Below are positions 1 through 8,902 of a stretch of 64,000 nucleotides of DNA, one piece after another. The notes below the pieces were generated by a model. The model was given only the letters and a program-made list of their open reading frames with translations, had not been told where the DNA came from and did no database searches. Source of the stretch: an uncultured Gammaproteobacteria bacterium (lineage in GTDB: Bacteria > Patescibacteriota > Patescibacteriia > UBA11705); NCBI GenBank assembly GCA_964413735.1, contig CAYPSS010000001.1, positions 56,237 through 120,236 of the forward strand, read 5' to 3'. Both the position numbers and the translations under genes were made by a program. Each line of letters starts with the position of its first letter. Position 1 is the first letter of the stretch.

Positions 1-77
1 TCGGGATCAAACTTTTCAAATTTTAAGCTAAGTTCTTTGGCCGCATCACGTAAAACTTTGATGTGAGGCTTTTTCAT
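1..77 (-). CDS. N-terminal fragment of a gene running off the window edge; ATG overlaps the stop of the upstream ATP-grasp gene (ATGA), translation begins MKKPHIKVLRDAAKELSLKFEKFDP
   Basis: ATG at 77-75 on minus strand overlapping TGA at 76-74; same strand and operon as upstream ATP-grasp genes; product not identifiable from 25 residues. Confidence 0.3.
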   Translation of the reverse strand, partial: MKKPHIKVLRDAAKELSLKFEKFDP

Positions 78-1042
78 ATAATCTTTTTTCTGATTAATAA
101 ATCAACAATTTGCTTAGCCGGATTGCGCGATTTTCCATGATGCGGATAATGATGCATCATTAACCCGGGAATCGGATTTACTTCAATAAAAAACCCCTTG
201 GCCAACCGATGATCACGAGCCATAAAATCAAATCCGGCAATCGGCATTCGCAACAATTTAGCCGCTTTTATGGCCATGTCTTTTATTTTCGGATGAACCT
301 CATCAGTAATATCTATTGTTTCTCCACCGGTCGCCAAATTGGCAGTGCGTCTAACAAATATTTTTTGTCCTTTTTCCGGACGATCACGCAAGGTCAAGTT
401 TTGTCTTTGCAAAACATGACGTAACAAAGCATCAATTATTACCGGTTTTTTGTGTTTGACCTTACGAATATTCCATAAATCAATTAATTGCTTGATATTA
501 TGTTGCCCATCACCAATTACATAAGCGGGAATTCTTTTAATTGCATATATGTAACGATAATCAATCACCAAAATACGATGATCATCGCCGGGAACCGCTT
601 TTTCAATTAAAATCGCATTTTTATAAGCACTTTCCAATTTATTATGATTGGTGGCTGCCAAAGCCTTTTCCATTGCCGGGAGCAATTCTTCGCGATATTT
701 GATGGCAATTGTTATTCCTTTACCTTGATTGGCACTCAAAGGTTTAATTACCACTTTTTTATTCTTTTGCAAAAATTTCCAGGCTTGTTCTTCTGTTTTA
801 ATCAAACTAAAATTAGGCACGGGAAATCCATTTTTTTTCAAAAAACGATCGGTTAAAAATTTGTTCGCCGCAATTTTATATGATGGATCGCTGATTAATT
901 CCGTCAAAGACTGATAAATAAAAGTGTGCTTTCCTTTTCGGCGCAACAAAAACAATTTTCCGCCACTTCCCACCGGGAAAATCTTAATTCCCTTTTTTTT
1001 CGCTTCATCAATAATTAATTTTGAATATGGTGATATTTTCAT
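74..1042 (-). CDS. ATP-grasp ligase, cyanophycin-synthetase-like (CphA-type) ATP-grasp domain
   Basis: 322-aa ORF; ATP-grasp core motifs (IKPLSANQGKGI, ATGGETIDITDEVHP, FIEVNPIPGLMMHHYPHHGKSRNPAKQIV resembling the CphA/Ddl-C-like hhHxxPxxGxxRxVA signature); translationally coupled to neighbours. Confidence 0.65.
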   Translation of the reverse strand: MKISPYSKLIIDEAKKKGIKIFPVGSGGKLFLLRRKGKHTFIYQSLTELISDPSYKIAANKFLTDRFLKKNGFPVPNFSLIKTEEQAWKFLQKNKKVVIKPLSANQGKGITIAIKYREELLPAMEKALAATNHNKLESAYKNAILIEKAVPGDDHRILVIDYRYIYAIKRIPAYVIGDGQHNIKQLIDLWNIRKVKHKKPVIIDALLRHVLQRQNLTLRDRPEKGQKIFVRRTANLATGGETIDITDEVHPKIKDMAIKAAKLLRMPIAGFDFMARDHRLAKGFFIEVNPIPGLMMHHYPHHGKSRNPAKQIVDLLIRKKII

Positions 1043-1896
1043 ACTAAACTTTCCAAATATTGAATAATTTTCCCCGGAACATCTATTTTATTTTTTTGCA
1101 CAAATCTTTTAAATTGCGGTGACCGGTTTACTTCCAATACATATGGTTGTTCTTTTTCATCGAAAATAATATCCACGCCGGCAATATCCGCATTGGTCGC
1201 TTTAGCCGCCATTTCCGCGATTTTTTTCATTTTTGGCGTTAAATTTGACGCAAAAGCTCTTTGGGCCAAAGGAATTTGTTTACTTCTGGTCACCTTCAAA
1301 GTGTAACGCTTTAAAGCGCCAATGGCCAGACCATCAATAACCAAAACTCGATAATAATAATCACTATTTATAAACTTCTGAACAAAATATTTTTTAATCG
1401 GATTATTTCTTATAAATTCCTGAAATTTTTTTTCCGTGGAAATGATATGAATATTACGACCATGCATGCCATGAATATCCTTAATAATAATCGGATATTC
1501 GAATTTATACTTTGATTGACGCCACTCATCACAAGAAAAATAATAATAGGTATCAAGACAAGGCACGCCATGAAAACTAAGGGCCGAATACATGAATATT
1601 TTATCAAACGAATACACCTTTTTGTATAATTCCTTATCAACTACTGGGATATGATGACGATTCAAATGTTTGGCCAAAGTTTTTGCCTTGGCAAAATGCG
1701 GGTTGATTCCGCGGATTAAACAAATATCAAAATCAAGAACATTTTTAGCTTTATAATAAATATTAAATTTATTTTTTTCCAAAATAAATGATAAACAATT
1801 TATTGAGGCGCGAGTTGCCCGATGCCCGTATTTTTTTGCAGCTAAAATCAGAGAACGGTTTTCCCAGGAATTGGGACCAATGATCAAAATATTCAT
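1039..1896 (-). CDS. RimK-like ATP-grasp ligase (alpha-L-glutamate ligase family)
   Basis: 285-aa ORF; RimK-type ATP-grasp layout (IKDIHGMHGRNIHII, ADIAGVDIIFDEKEQPYVLEVNRSPQF); 4-bp overlap with upstream gene. Confidence 0.6.
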   Translation of the reverse strand: MNILIIGPNSWENRSLILAAKKYGHRATRASINCLSFILEKNKFNIYYKAKNVLDFDICLIRGINPHFAKAKTLAKHLNRHHIPVVDKELYKKVYSFDKIFMYSALSFHGVPCLDTYYYFSCDEWRQSKYKFEYPIIIKDIHGMHGRNIHIISTEKKFQEFIRNNPIKKYFVQKFINSDYYYRVLVIDGLAIGALKRYTLKVTRSKQIPLAQRAFASNLTPKMKKIAEMAAKATNADIAGVDIIFDEKEQPYVLEVNRSPQFKRFVQKNKIDVPGKIIQYLESLV

Positions 1897-1900
1897 TTTT

Positions 1901-3307
1901 TTATTTTAATTTTTTAGTAGGATCAACCAAAAATCTTTTCAAATCTCGTCGACCGATAATAATCGGATATTTCATTTCTTTGCGTCCAATCACCGTCATG
2001 GTCGAATTTATATCAACACCAGAGATTTCCAGCTTAATTGGCAATTCCATGCGATATGAAGCACCATGTGAACTGTAAATTTTCGCTACCCCGATTATAT
2101 CAGGGTGCTTTTCAAGTTCTTGCCAAACTTTTTTATCCGACAACTCGGCAATTTCTTCCGAACTCATTACATCTTTGATATTAAACGATTTATAATAATT
2201 AATAGCGCTATCATAACCAAGAGCAATCGCCAAATCTTCATCAATAGAAGAAATCCCGGCACCGGTATCCACCTTGGCCTCTACTTCAATTTGATTTTTA
2301 TTTTTCCCTATTACTTTTACCGGTTCAATAATACCGATTACCTGTTTACCGGATAACTCCTCGATTTCCTGTTCAATTTCTCCACCAAATAATTCTTTGG
2401 CCACCATTATTCCTTTTTTAATGGTTTTGATTTTCAAACCCTTTACTCTTAATAATCGATCTTTCAAAGTGGCTAAATTCGCTACCTGAATTTCCATCCC
2501 CGGTCGAGCATTTAATTCCAAAATAATCGGGCCCTTTTCTCGATCAAGCGCCACATCAACCCCCACATAATTTAATTTACAAACCATTTGGGCTTCAATG
2601 GAAATCTCTAAAATTTGACGCCAAAATGGGATTTGGATACCGCGCAATTGAAACTTTGTCCCGGGCAAATAATCAATCATTTTACCATCTTGAACCGCAT
2701 GAGTGGTTAATCCGGTTTCAATATCAATGCCCACTCCAATACCACCGGCATGCAAATTAGCTTTGCCATTAGAATCTTTGGTGGGCAACCGAAGCATGGC
2801 CATTACCGGAACCCGATTATAAACAATTACTCGAATATCAGGAACACCCTTATATGAATATAATTTAAATACCGGATGGATCTTAATTCGTTCTTCGAAA
2901 AAAGCTGTATCCGGAGTATTGGTAATAGAATAATCACCATCTAAAATATTACTAACACGAAGCATGACATCACGAATCTCTGCATCACGATCAAGTGGCA
3001 AAACCCAATGACCGTTTTTCTTTTTTCCAAAAGTCACCATAATTCCTTCACCGCCCAAACCGCGATTTGGTTTTAAAACAAAACTATTGGGTAAACTTCC
3101 CCAATCAAAAGCATCAAACTCCTTCCAATTTCTGATTTTGGAAATCAGCTTGGCAACCGGCAAACCGGATTGACGCAAAAGTCGTTTGGTTTTTAATTTA
3201 TTATCAACCAAATTTTTATATTTTTTCGGACCGCTGGGACGAATGAAATCCAAATTACGTGAATTCATTCCCAGCACCCCTTTACTTTTTTTCAGGAAGT
3301 TCAACAT
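1901..3307 (-). CDS. Fusion protein: N-terminal alpha-L-glutamate-ligase-related ATP-grasp domain plus C-terminal retropepsin-like aspartyl protease domain (putative ATP-dependent zinc protease, PF05618-like)
   Basis: 468 aa; N-terminus GMNSRNLDFIRP...VDNKLKTKRLLRQSGLPV typical of the rimK-related E-ligase family; ATP-grasp motifs (ILELNARPGMEI); C-terminal 140 aa contains the aspartyl protease signature VDTGAGISSI (D-T-G-A). Confidence 0.6.
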   Translation of the reverse strand: MLNFLKKSKGVLGMNSRNLDFIRPSGPKKYKNLVDNKLKTKRLLRQSGLPVAKLISKIRNWKEFDAFDWGSLPNSFVLKPNRGLGGEGIMVTFGKKKNGHWVLPLDRDAEIRDVMLRVSNILDGDYSITNTPDTAFFEERIKIHPVFKLYSYKGVPDIRVIVYNRVPVMAMLRLPTKDSNGKANLHAGGIGVGIDIETGLTTHAVQDGKMIDYLPGTKFQLRGIQIPFWRQILEISIEAQMVCKLNYVGVDVALDREKGPIILELNARPGMEIQVANLATLKDRLLRVKGLKIKTIKKGIMVAKELFGGEIEQEIEELSGKQVIGIIEPVKVIGKNKNQIEVEAKVDTGAGISSIDEDLAIALGYDSAINYYKSFNIKDVMSSEEIAELSDKKVWQELEKHPDIIGVAKIYSSHGASYRMELPIKLEISGVDINSTMTVIGRKEMKYPIIIGRRDLKRFLVDPTKKLK

Positions 3308-4805
3308 TTTGAATTACTTTGCGAAAACGGTACAGTTCGAGCAAGCGCAAACCAGTCCATTTCCCAAGAGCGTAATTAATTAAAAAAGTTAATAAAATAA
3401 TTTCCGGATAACCAATAATTAAAATCCGCAAACTTTCCCAAGTAGCCAAATAATAACTCACCAAGGCCAAAATCAAAGTTTCCGCCACCAATTTAAAAGC
3501 AGTTTTACTGCCTAGTTCTATCTGCGCTTCCAAAAACTTTTCCGTAATAATCACCATAATCAAAATCGGAAAAATGGAAATACTGATAATACCGGTTTTG
3601 TTAAACAATGCCCCAACAAAAAACATTCCCAACACCGAAAAACTGACAATACTTAAAACCAATGACATTCGAGGCATATACATTAAACGAATTTTTCGCG
3701 CTACAAGACGACCAACCGTACCAATAATCAAAACCATGGCAAACAAAGCCAACCCGTATTTAATACCGGTCGCTATAAAGGAAACCGCCACCAATGATGG
3801 CGCATACATGCCAAAAGCTTTGATCCCAATGATCTGTCGAGAAAAAGCAATGATCGTGGCAATAATTGGCAAAATCAAAATCAAATAAATGGTATTGATT
3901 GACACGCCATTATTAACCATATAATCAATAATGTAAGATAAAAAATTCCACAGTTTTAGAGTATGCAAAGGTCTTTGAGTATGGGCACCCAAAATTTGAT
4001 ATGATTGATTGTTTTCTTTCAATTGATAGGTAATGCTTTCAGAATCCAAACGAGGGATCACTTCTTCATACCCGCCGGCATCCACCACCATCATATTTTT
4101 CGGCAACAATAAATTATAAACATTTTGGGCCAATCTTGAGGTCACTTTCAAATTTTCGCCGGTTAAAACATATATCCCCTTTTGATTAAACCCCAAACTC
4201 TTAATATCAGCCCCCTTGGCTAATTCTTGGCTGGCCCCAATCAATGCATTTAAGCCATAACTCCCACTGGTCCAAATAACAATATTTCTAGCCTGCCTAA
4301 TATCTGACCGATTTTCCACAATCGCTTGAATTAATAATGACTCACTTAAATAATCGGTATCTTGTTTGGGAATAATGATCGGAACAAGCAAAATCCCCAC
4401 CGAACTGGATTTTTCTTGCAACTCTTCCAACAATTCGGTGGATAATGATTCATCGGTAATTAACATCACAATATCTTTTTCCACCTTTACAATAATTTCA
4501 TCTTCCGCCATCAAATTGCCGTTAATGGCCGACAAAGAAACACGATAAACCCCGGGGTTGGCAAAAGTATGAGTTACTTCCACCCCGTTAGCAATTGAGC
4601 CATCACCAAAATCCCAAGTAAAACTGGTGTTTTCAATCACTTGATCGGTATTGGCGGAAAATACCACCGGTCTTTCCACTAAGACATTTTTATCTTCACC
4701 GGCTTCAATAGAAAAAATATTATTAACGGTTTGGGCCTGAGTAATAGAAGCAAAAAATAAAAATATTAAACTTAAACAAAAAAAGTAAATGCTACGCTTT
4801 ACCAT
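3282..4805 (-). CDS. Secreted PKD-domain protein fused to a C-terminal 7-TM integral membrane domain (7TM/inactive-transglutaminase-like partner of RimK-type ligases)
   Basis: 507 aa; signal peptide, PKD motif (FTWDFGDGS...HTFANPGVYRVSLSA), central globular region, then about 7 hydrophobic helices; overlaps and is co-oriented with the ATP-grasp genes. Confidence 0.5.
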   Translation of the reverse strand: MVKRSIYFFCLSLIFLFFASITQAQTVNNIFSIEAGEDKNVLVERPVVFSANTDQVIENTSFTWDFGDGSIANGVEVTHTFANPGVYRVSLSAINGNLMAEDEIIVKVEKDIVMLITDESLSTELLEELQEKSSSVGILLVPIIIPKQDTDYLSESLLIQAIVENRSDIRQARNIVIWTSGSYGLNALIGASQELAKGADIKSLGFNQKGIYVLTGENLKVTSRLAQNVYNLLLPKNMMVVDAGGYEEVIPRLDSESITYQLKENNQSYQILGAHTQRPLHTLKLWNFLSYIIDYMVNNGVSINTIYLILILPIIATIIAFSRQIIGIKAFGMYAPSLVAVSFIATGIKYGLALFAMVLIIGTVGRLVARKIRLMYMPRMSLVLSIVSFSVLGMFFVGALFNKTGIISISIFPILIMVIITEKFLEAQIELGSKTAFKLVAETLILALVSYYLATWESLRILIIGYPEIILLTFLINYALGKWTGLRLLELYRFRKVIQNVELPEKK

Positions 4806-5298
4806 AATAATTTTTTAATTTATAAGAATTGGAGGCACAAATCGCCACCGCCAAAGCATCGGCCGCATCGTCCGGTTGCGGAATATTTCGTAATGACAAA
4901 AACACTTTGACCATTTGTTGAACTTGTTTTTTTTCCGCTTTACCATAACTGACAATCGCTTGTTTAACTTGTAATGGGGTAAATTCCACTATCGGAATCC
5001 CGGCCAAATGCGCGGTTAAAATAATCACGCCTCGCGCTTGTCCCACCTTAATGGCGGTCGTAGTATTTTTACAAAAGTAAAGATCTTCAATCGCCACCAA
5101 GTCAGGCTGATATTTTTTTATAATTGAAGTTAATTGTTCATAAAGATATTTCAACCGCTCGGGAAATTCAATTTTCCCGGAAGTTTCAACACAACCATAA
5201 TCAAGCATTTTGATTTGGCTACCTTGATTTTCGATCATCCCCCAACCGGTTCGGCCATATCCGGGATCAATACCTAAAATTTTAATTTCTTTTTTCAT
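4792..5298 (-). CDS. ruvC: Crossover junction endodeoxyribonuclease RuvC
   Basis: 168 aa; ILGIDPGYGRTGWG N-terminus, VAIEDLYF, C-terminal DAADALAVAICAS motif. Confidence 0.85.
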   Translation of the reverse strand: MKKEIKILGIDPGYGRTGWGMIENQGSQIKMLDYGCVETSGKIEFPERLKYLYEQLTSIIKKYQPDLVAIEDLYFCKNTTTAIKVGQARGVIILTAHLAGIPIVEFTPLQVKQAIVSYGKAEKKQVQQMVKVFLSLRNIPQPDDAADALAVAICASNSYKLKNYYGKA

Positions 5299-5307
5299 GA
5301 AACAAGA

Positions 5308-6021
5308 TTAAGATTGAGCATTGGTAAAATAATCGGACACATCATCATTTTCTTCCAAAGCCTCCAACATTTTATTTAACTGGCTTTGCGTGTTTTCATC
5401 CACTACCGTCTCGTCCTTGGCCACCCATTCCATTTCCGCATAAGAGATTGCCAATTTTTTATCTTCAATCAACTTCTTTAATTTCGGGAAATTATCAAAG
5501 GTGGTGATTACCGTCATTCCCTTGTCATCAACCTCAACATCCTCAGCCCCATTATCAATTAATTCCAATTGCAACTCTTCACTTTCACTAACTTGATCAA
5601 TTCGAATGATCCCTTTATGTTCAAACATCCATTTTACTGAATTAGGACCGCCCATCGCGCCATTATATTTGGAAAAAATGTGCTTTAAATCACTGGAAGT
5701 GCGATTACGATTATCCGTATTGGTTAAAACCAATATCGCCACTCCACCCGGTCCAAAACCCTCATAAATCACCTCTTCAATTTGTCCACCATCCGCCGTT
5801 CCGGCGCCACGCGCGATCGCTCGATCAATATTATCCTTGGGCATATTGGCCGCCCGCGCCTTATCAACGGCCAGACGCAATTTGAAATTCGTTTCCAAAT
5901 CCGCTCCACCCTTGGCCGCCACGATGATATTTTTAATAATTTTAGTAAATTGTCCTGAGCGTTTTTGATCAGCTACGGCCTTTTTACCGGCAATCTTACT
6001 CCATTTGTTATGTCCTGACAT
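5308..6021 (-). CDS. yebC: YebC/PmpR family DNA-binding transcriptional regulator
   Basis: 237 aa; MSGHNKWSKI start, GGADLETNFKLR, YEGFGPGGVAI conserved blocks. Confidence 0.85.
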   Translation of the reverse strand: MSGHNKWSKIAGKKAVADQKRSGQFTKIIKNIIVAAKGGADLETNFKLRLAVDKARAANMPKDNIDRAIARGAGTADGGQIEEVIYEGFGPGGVAILVLTNTDNRNRTSSDLKHIFSKYNGAMGGPNSVKWMFEHKGIIRIDQVSESEELQLELIDNGAEDVEVDDKGMTVITTFDNFPKLKKLIEDKKLAISYAEMEWVAKDETVVDENTQSQLNKMLEALEENDDVSDYFTNAQS

Positions 6022-6233
6022 AAGAGTTGTTTATTAAACCTAAAAAATGAAAAGTTTTGACCTTTTCCATGATGTAATCATAACAAATTTTATAGATTTT
6101 TTCAACTATACCTGATCTCGTTGGACCTCTACCCTGAATCACTCAAAACCGTCACTGAAATTTAAAATGTGCATAACACCATTGAAAAAAAATAATGAGT
6201 CTGATAAGGTTATATTAAGTTAAAAATTATTTT

Positions 6234-7250
6234 ATGTTTGATGAGCTGCGTCAACAATACGACCAATCAAATTTATACCGAGTAATAGAAAATTTACCCG
6301 GCCAACTCATCAGCGCCCTTAATTTTACCGAAATTAAATTTAATTCTGTTCCCCGCAGAATTTTTATTTTTGGCGTTGGCGGTTCCGCCTTACCAGCAAA
6401 TATTTTGAAAACCATTATTAATAATTCACAACAAAATTTCACCACCCCGATTCATATTATTCGTGATTATTCTTTCCCCAAAGACTTTAATAATGATGAT
6501 GGAGCGATATTTATTTCCTATTCCGGCAATACCGAGGAACCACTGGAAAATTTTGATCAAGCGTTAAAACTAAACCATAAAAATTTATTAGTCCTAACCA
6601 CCGGAGGGCGATTACAAAAAATTGCCGACGAAAATTCCGTGCCACTCACCATTATTCCCTCCGATGCCCTGCAACCGCGCATGGGATATGGCTATTTTGT
6701 CGGTGCCTTGATGAAAATTTTAATTAGTTCTCACTTATTGGAAGATCATTATTCGATTATTGAACAAACGGTCGCACAGTTAAATGCGGAGAAAGAAAAA
6801 ATTATCAATCAAGCGCAACAATTATCAAAAAACATTAAACAATCAACCCCCATTATTTATACAACCGACCGTTGGAAATATTTAGCCATGATTGTGAAAA
6901 TAAATTTCAATGAAAATGCCAAAATCCCCAGTTTTTGGAACTGTTTTCCCGAACTCAATCACAATGAGATGGTGGGATTTACCAATACAACTGGAAATTA
7001 TCAAATAATAATATTTAATGATCCTGAAGAGCACCCCCGTAATCAAAAAAGAATTAAAGTTTTCCAAAAATTCATGGAAACCAAATTCCCGATTGAAATA
7101 ATTAACTTCCCTACCGGTAATGCTCTATACAAAACTTTTCACATTTTATGGCTCGGACTGTGGACCTCCTACTTTACTGCTTTGCAAAACAAAATTGATC
7201 CCACCCCGGTTGACTTGGTAGAAGAATTCAAGAAGTTATTAAATGAGTAA
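6234..7250 (+). CDS. Bifunctional phosphoglucose/phosphomannose isomerase (SIS domain, archaeal-type PGI/PMI)
   Basis: 338 aa; SIS-domain Gly-rich motif IFIFGVGGSALPANIL, length and layout typical of bifunctional PGI/PMI. Confidence 0.6.
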   Translation: MFDELRQQYDQSNLYRVIENLPGQLISALNFTEIKFNSVPRRIFIFGVGGSALPANILKTIINNSQQNFTTPIHIIRDYSFPKDFNNDDGAIFISYSGNTEEPLENFDQALKLNHKNLLVLTTGGRLQKIADENSVPLTIIPSDALQPRMGYGYFVGALMKILISSHLLEDHYSIIEQTVAQLNAEKEKIINQAQQLSKNIKQSTPIIYTTDRWKYLAMIVKINFNENAKIPSFWNCFPELNHNEMVGFTNTTGNYQIIIFNDPEEHPRNQKRIKVFQKFMETKFPIEIINFPTGNALYKTFHILWLGLWTSYFTALQNKIDPTPVDLVEEFKKLLNE

Positions 7251-7276
7251 TTTGGGGGTAAAACCCCATTACATAG

Positions 7277-7312
7277 AACTTCTCGTCTCCATGCTTGGCG
7301 AGAAGTTTTTAA
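7277..7312 (+). terminator. Rho-independent terminator after PGI/PMI gene
   Basis: Hairpin aacttctcg...cgagaagtt followed by TTTTT. Confidence 0.55.
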
Positions 7313-7348
7313 ATTGGAGATTTAAGACAAATTTGCTATGATGAAATT

Positions 7349-8902
7349 ATGTTTATGACTTTTTGGCAAAAACTACAACATTTTAAATATCATAAAATCT
7401 TATTGGTGTTTTTGTTTTGTATTTTAATTTTTTCTTTATTTCAAGCACCGCATGGGATGGGCGACCCAGATGGCTTTTATCATGCCCGGCTATCGCAAAT
7501 GATGACTAACAACCTTACCTTCCAAGAATTCCCCTGGATGCAGTTTTCCACCCTAAATGAAAATTTCACTGATCATCATTTCTTGTACCACCTATTATTA
7601 ATGCCATGGACCATTGTTTTTGATCCTTTAATGGGCACAAAAATATTTACCGTTATTTTATCCTCATTATTCATTACTTGTTTTTATTGGTTTTTAACTC
7701 GCTATAATTTTCAATACAAACTACCATTATTATTTTTACTTTTTATTTTTACTTCGTTTTTCTTTCGTCTATCTTTAATCAAAGCCACCGCCTTATCCTT
7801 AATTATTTTGCTGTTTATAATTTATGCGATTTTTGAAAAAAAATATTCTCTGATTTTATTCCTGTCATTTATTTATGTTTGGAGTTACGGTGGATGGCTT
7901 TTGGGTTTGGTAGTTGGAGGAATTTACATTATTTCTGAAACAATTTATTTATTAATAAAAACAAAACCATCATGGAAATCCCTGATTAATAAAACATTCA
8001 ATTTTTCCAATAAAAAAATAATTTTCAATTTAGTCTTAGGCAACCTCATGGGGCTGATAATCAATCCCTACTTTCCTCAAAATATAAAATTTTACTGGCA
8101 ACAAATTTGGCAAATCGGTATTATCAACTATCAAAAAATAGTTGCCGTGGGAAATGAGTGGTTCTCCATTTCCTTATTAGACCTTGGGTCGCACTCGATT
8201 ATCACCACCGTTATAATTATCCTGACATTTACCTGGTGTATTATTAATTACAAAAAGATCAATCGCTTCACTATATTTTTCGCATTATTAACCATATTTT
8301 TCTTGCTTTTAACTTTGAAATCACGCCGTTATTTGGAATACTTTATTCCATTTTCCACTCTTTTTGTCGGATATTCATTTACCTTAAACAAACTCCAATT
8401 ACCAACTAATCGACAATCTATTATTGATTTTTTCAAAAGACCGTCCCATTTTATTATCAGTATAATAATTGTTATGATTTTATGTTTTCAATACGGTCAT
8501 AGCCTTTATAATGTAAAAAAAAACCTTAATCGTGACAAATACTTAAATTATCAGGGAGCCGCCCAATATTTGCAAAAACACACGCCTTATCATACCACGA
8601 TTTTTCATCCCGGGTGGGATGATTGGCCGGCTTTATTTTATTATAATCCCAACAATTACTATATTGGCGGGCTTGATCCCACCTTCACTTATTTATATAA
8701 TTCAAACCTTTATCAAAAATGGCAACAAGTGGTCCACCAACCGGCAAATAATGACTTTTATCAAATCATTAAAAATGACTTTCATGCTTCTTATGTTTTT
8801 GCGCCCAAACAATATAAACAATTTATAACAAATTTGAATAATAATTTTTATTTTAAACCGATTTATTCCGATGATCATGTGATTATTTATCAAGTCCTAT
8901 GA
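7349..8902 (+). CDS. Polytopic integral membrane protein, putative GT-C-fold glycosyltransferase-like
   Basis: 517 aa, more than 10 predicted TM helices; acidic DPDG motif in first extracytoplasmic loop; ATGA overlap with next gene. Confidence 0.45.
   Translation: MFMTFWQKLQHFKYHKILLVFLFCILIFSLFQAPHGMGDPDGFYHARLSQMMTNNLTFQEFPWMQFSTLNENFTDHHFLYHLLLMPWTIVFDPLMGTKIFTVILSSLFITCFYWFLTRYNFQYKLPLLFLLFIFTSFFFRLSLIKATALSLIILLFIIYAIFEKKYSLILFLSFIYVWSYGGWLLGLVVGGIYIISETIYLLIKTKPSWKSLINKTFNFSNKKIIFNLVLGNLMGLIINPYFPQNIKFYWQQIWQIGIINYQKIVAVGNEWFSISLLDLGSHSIITTVIIILTFTWCIINYKKINRFTIFFALLTIFFLLLTLKSRRYLEYFIPFSTLFVGYSFTLNKLQLPTNRQSIIDFFKRPSHFIISIIIVMILCFQYGHSLYNVKKNLNRDKYLNYQGAAQYLQKHTPYHTTIFHPGWDDWPALFYYNPNNYYIGGLDPTFTYLYNSNLYQKWQQVVHQPANNDFYQIIKNDFHASYVFAPKQYKQFITNLNNNFYFKPIYSDDHVIIYQVL

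Noticed and set aside
74-1042. Annotation of the 322-aa and 403-aa ATP-grasp proteins as D-alanine--D-alanine ligase (Ddl)
   Set aside because: They lack the Ddl N-terminal domain and characteristic Ddl motifs. Their C-terminal hhHxxPxxGxxRxVA block and operon context with RimK-like ligases fit CphA-type peptide ligases better.
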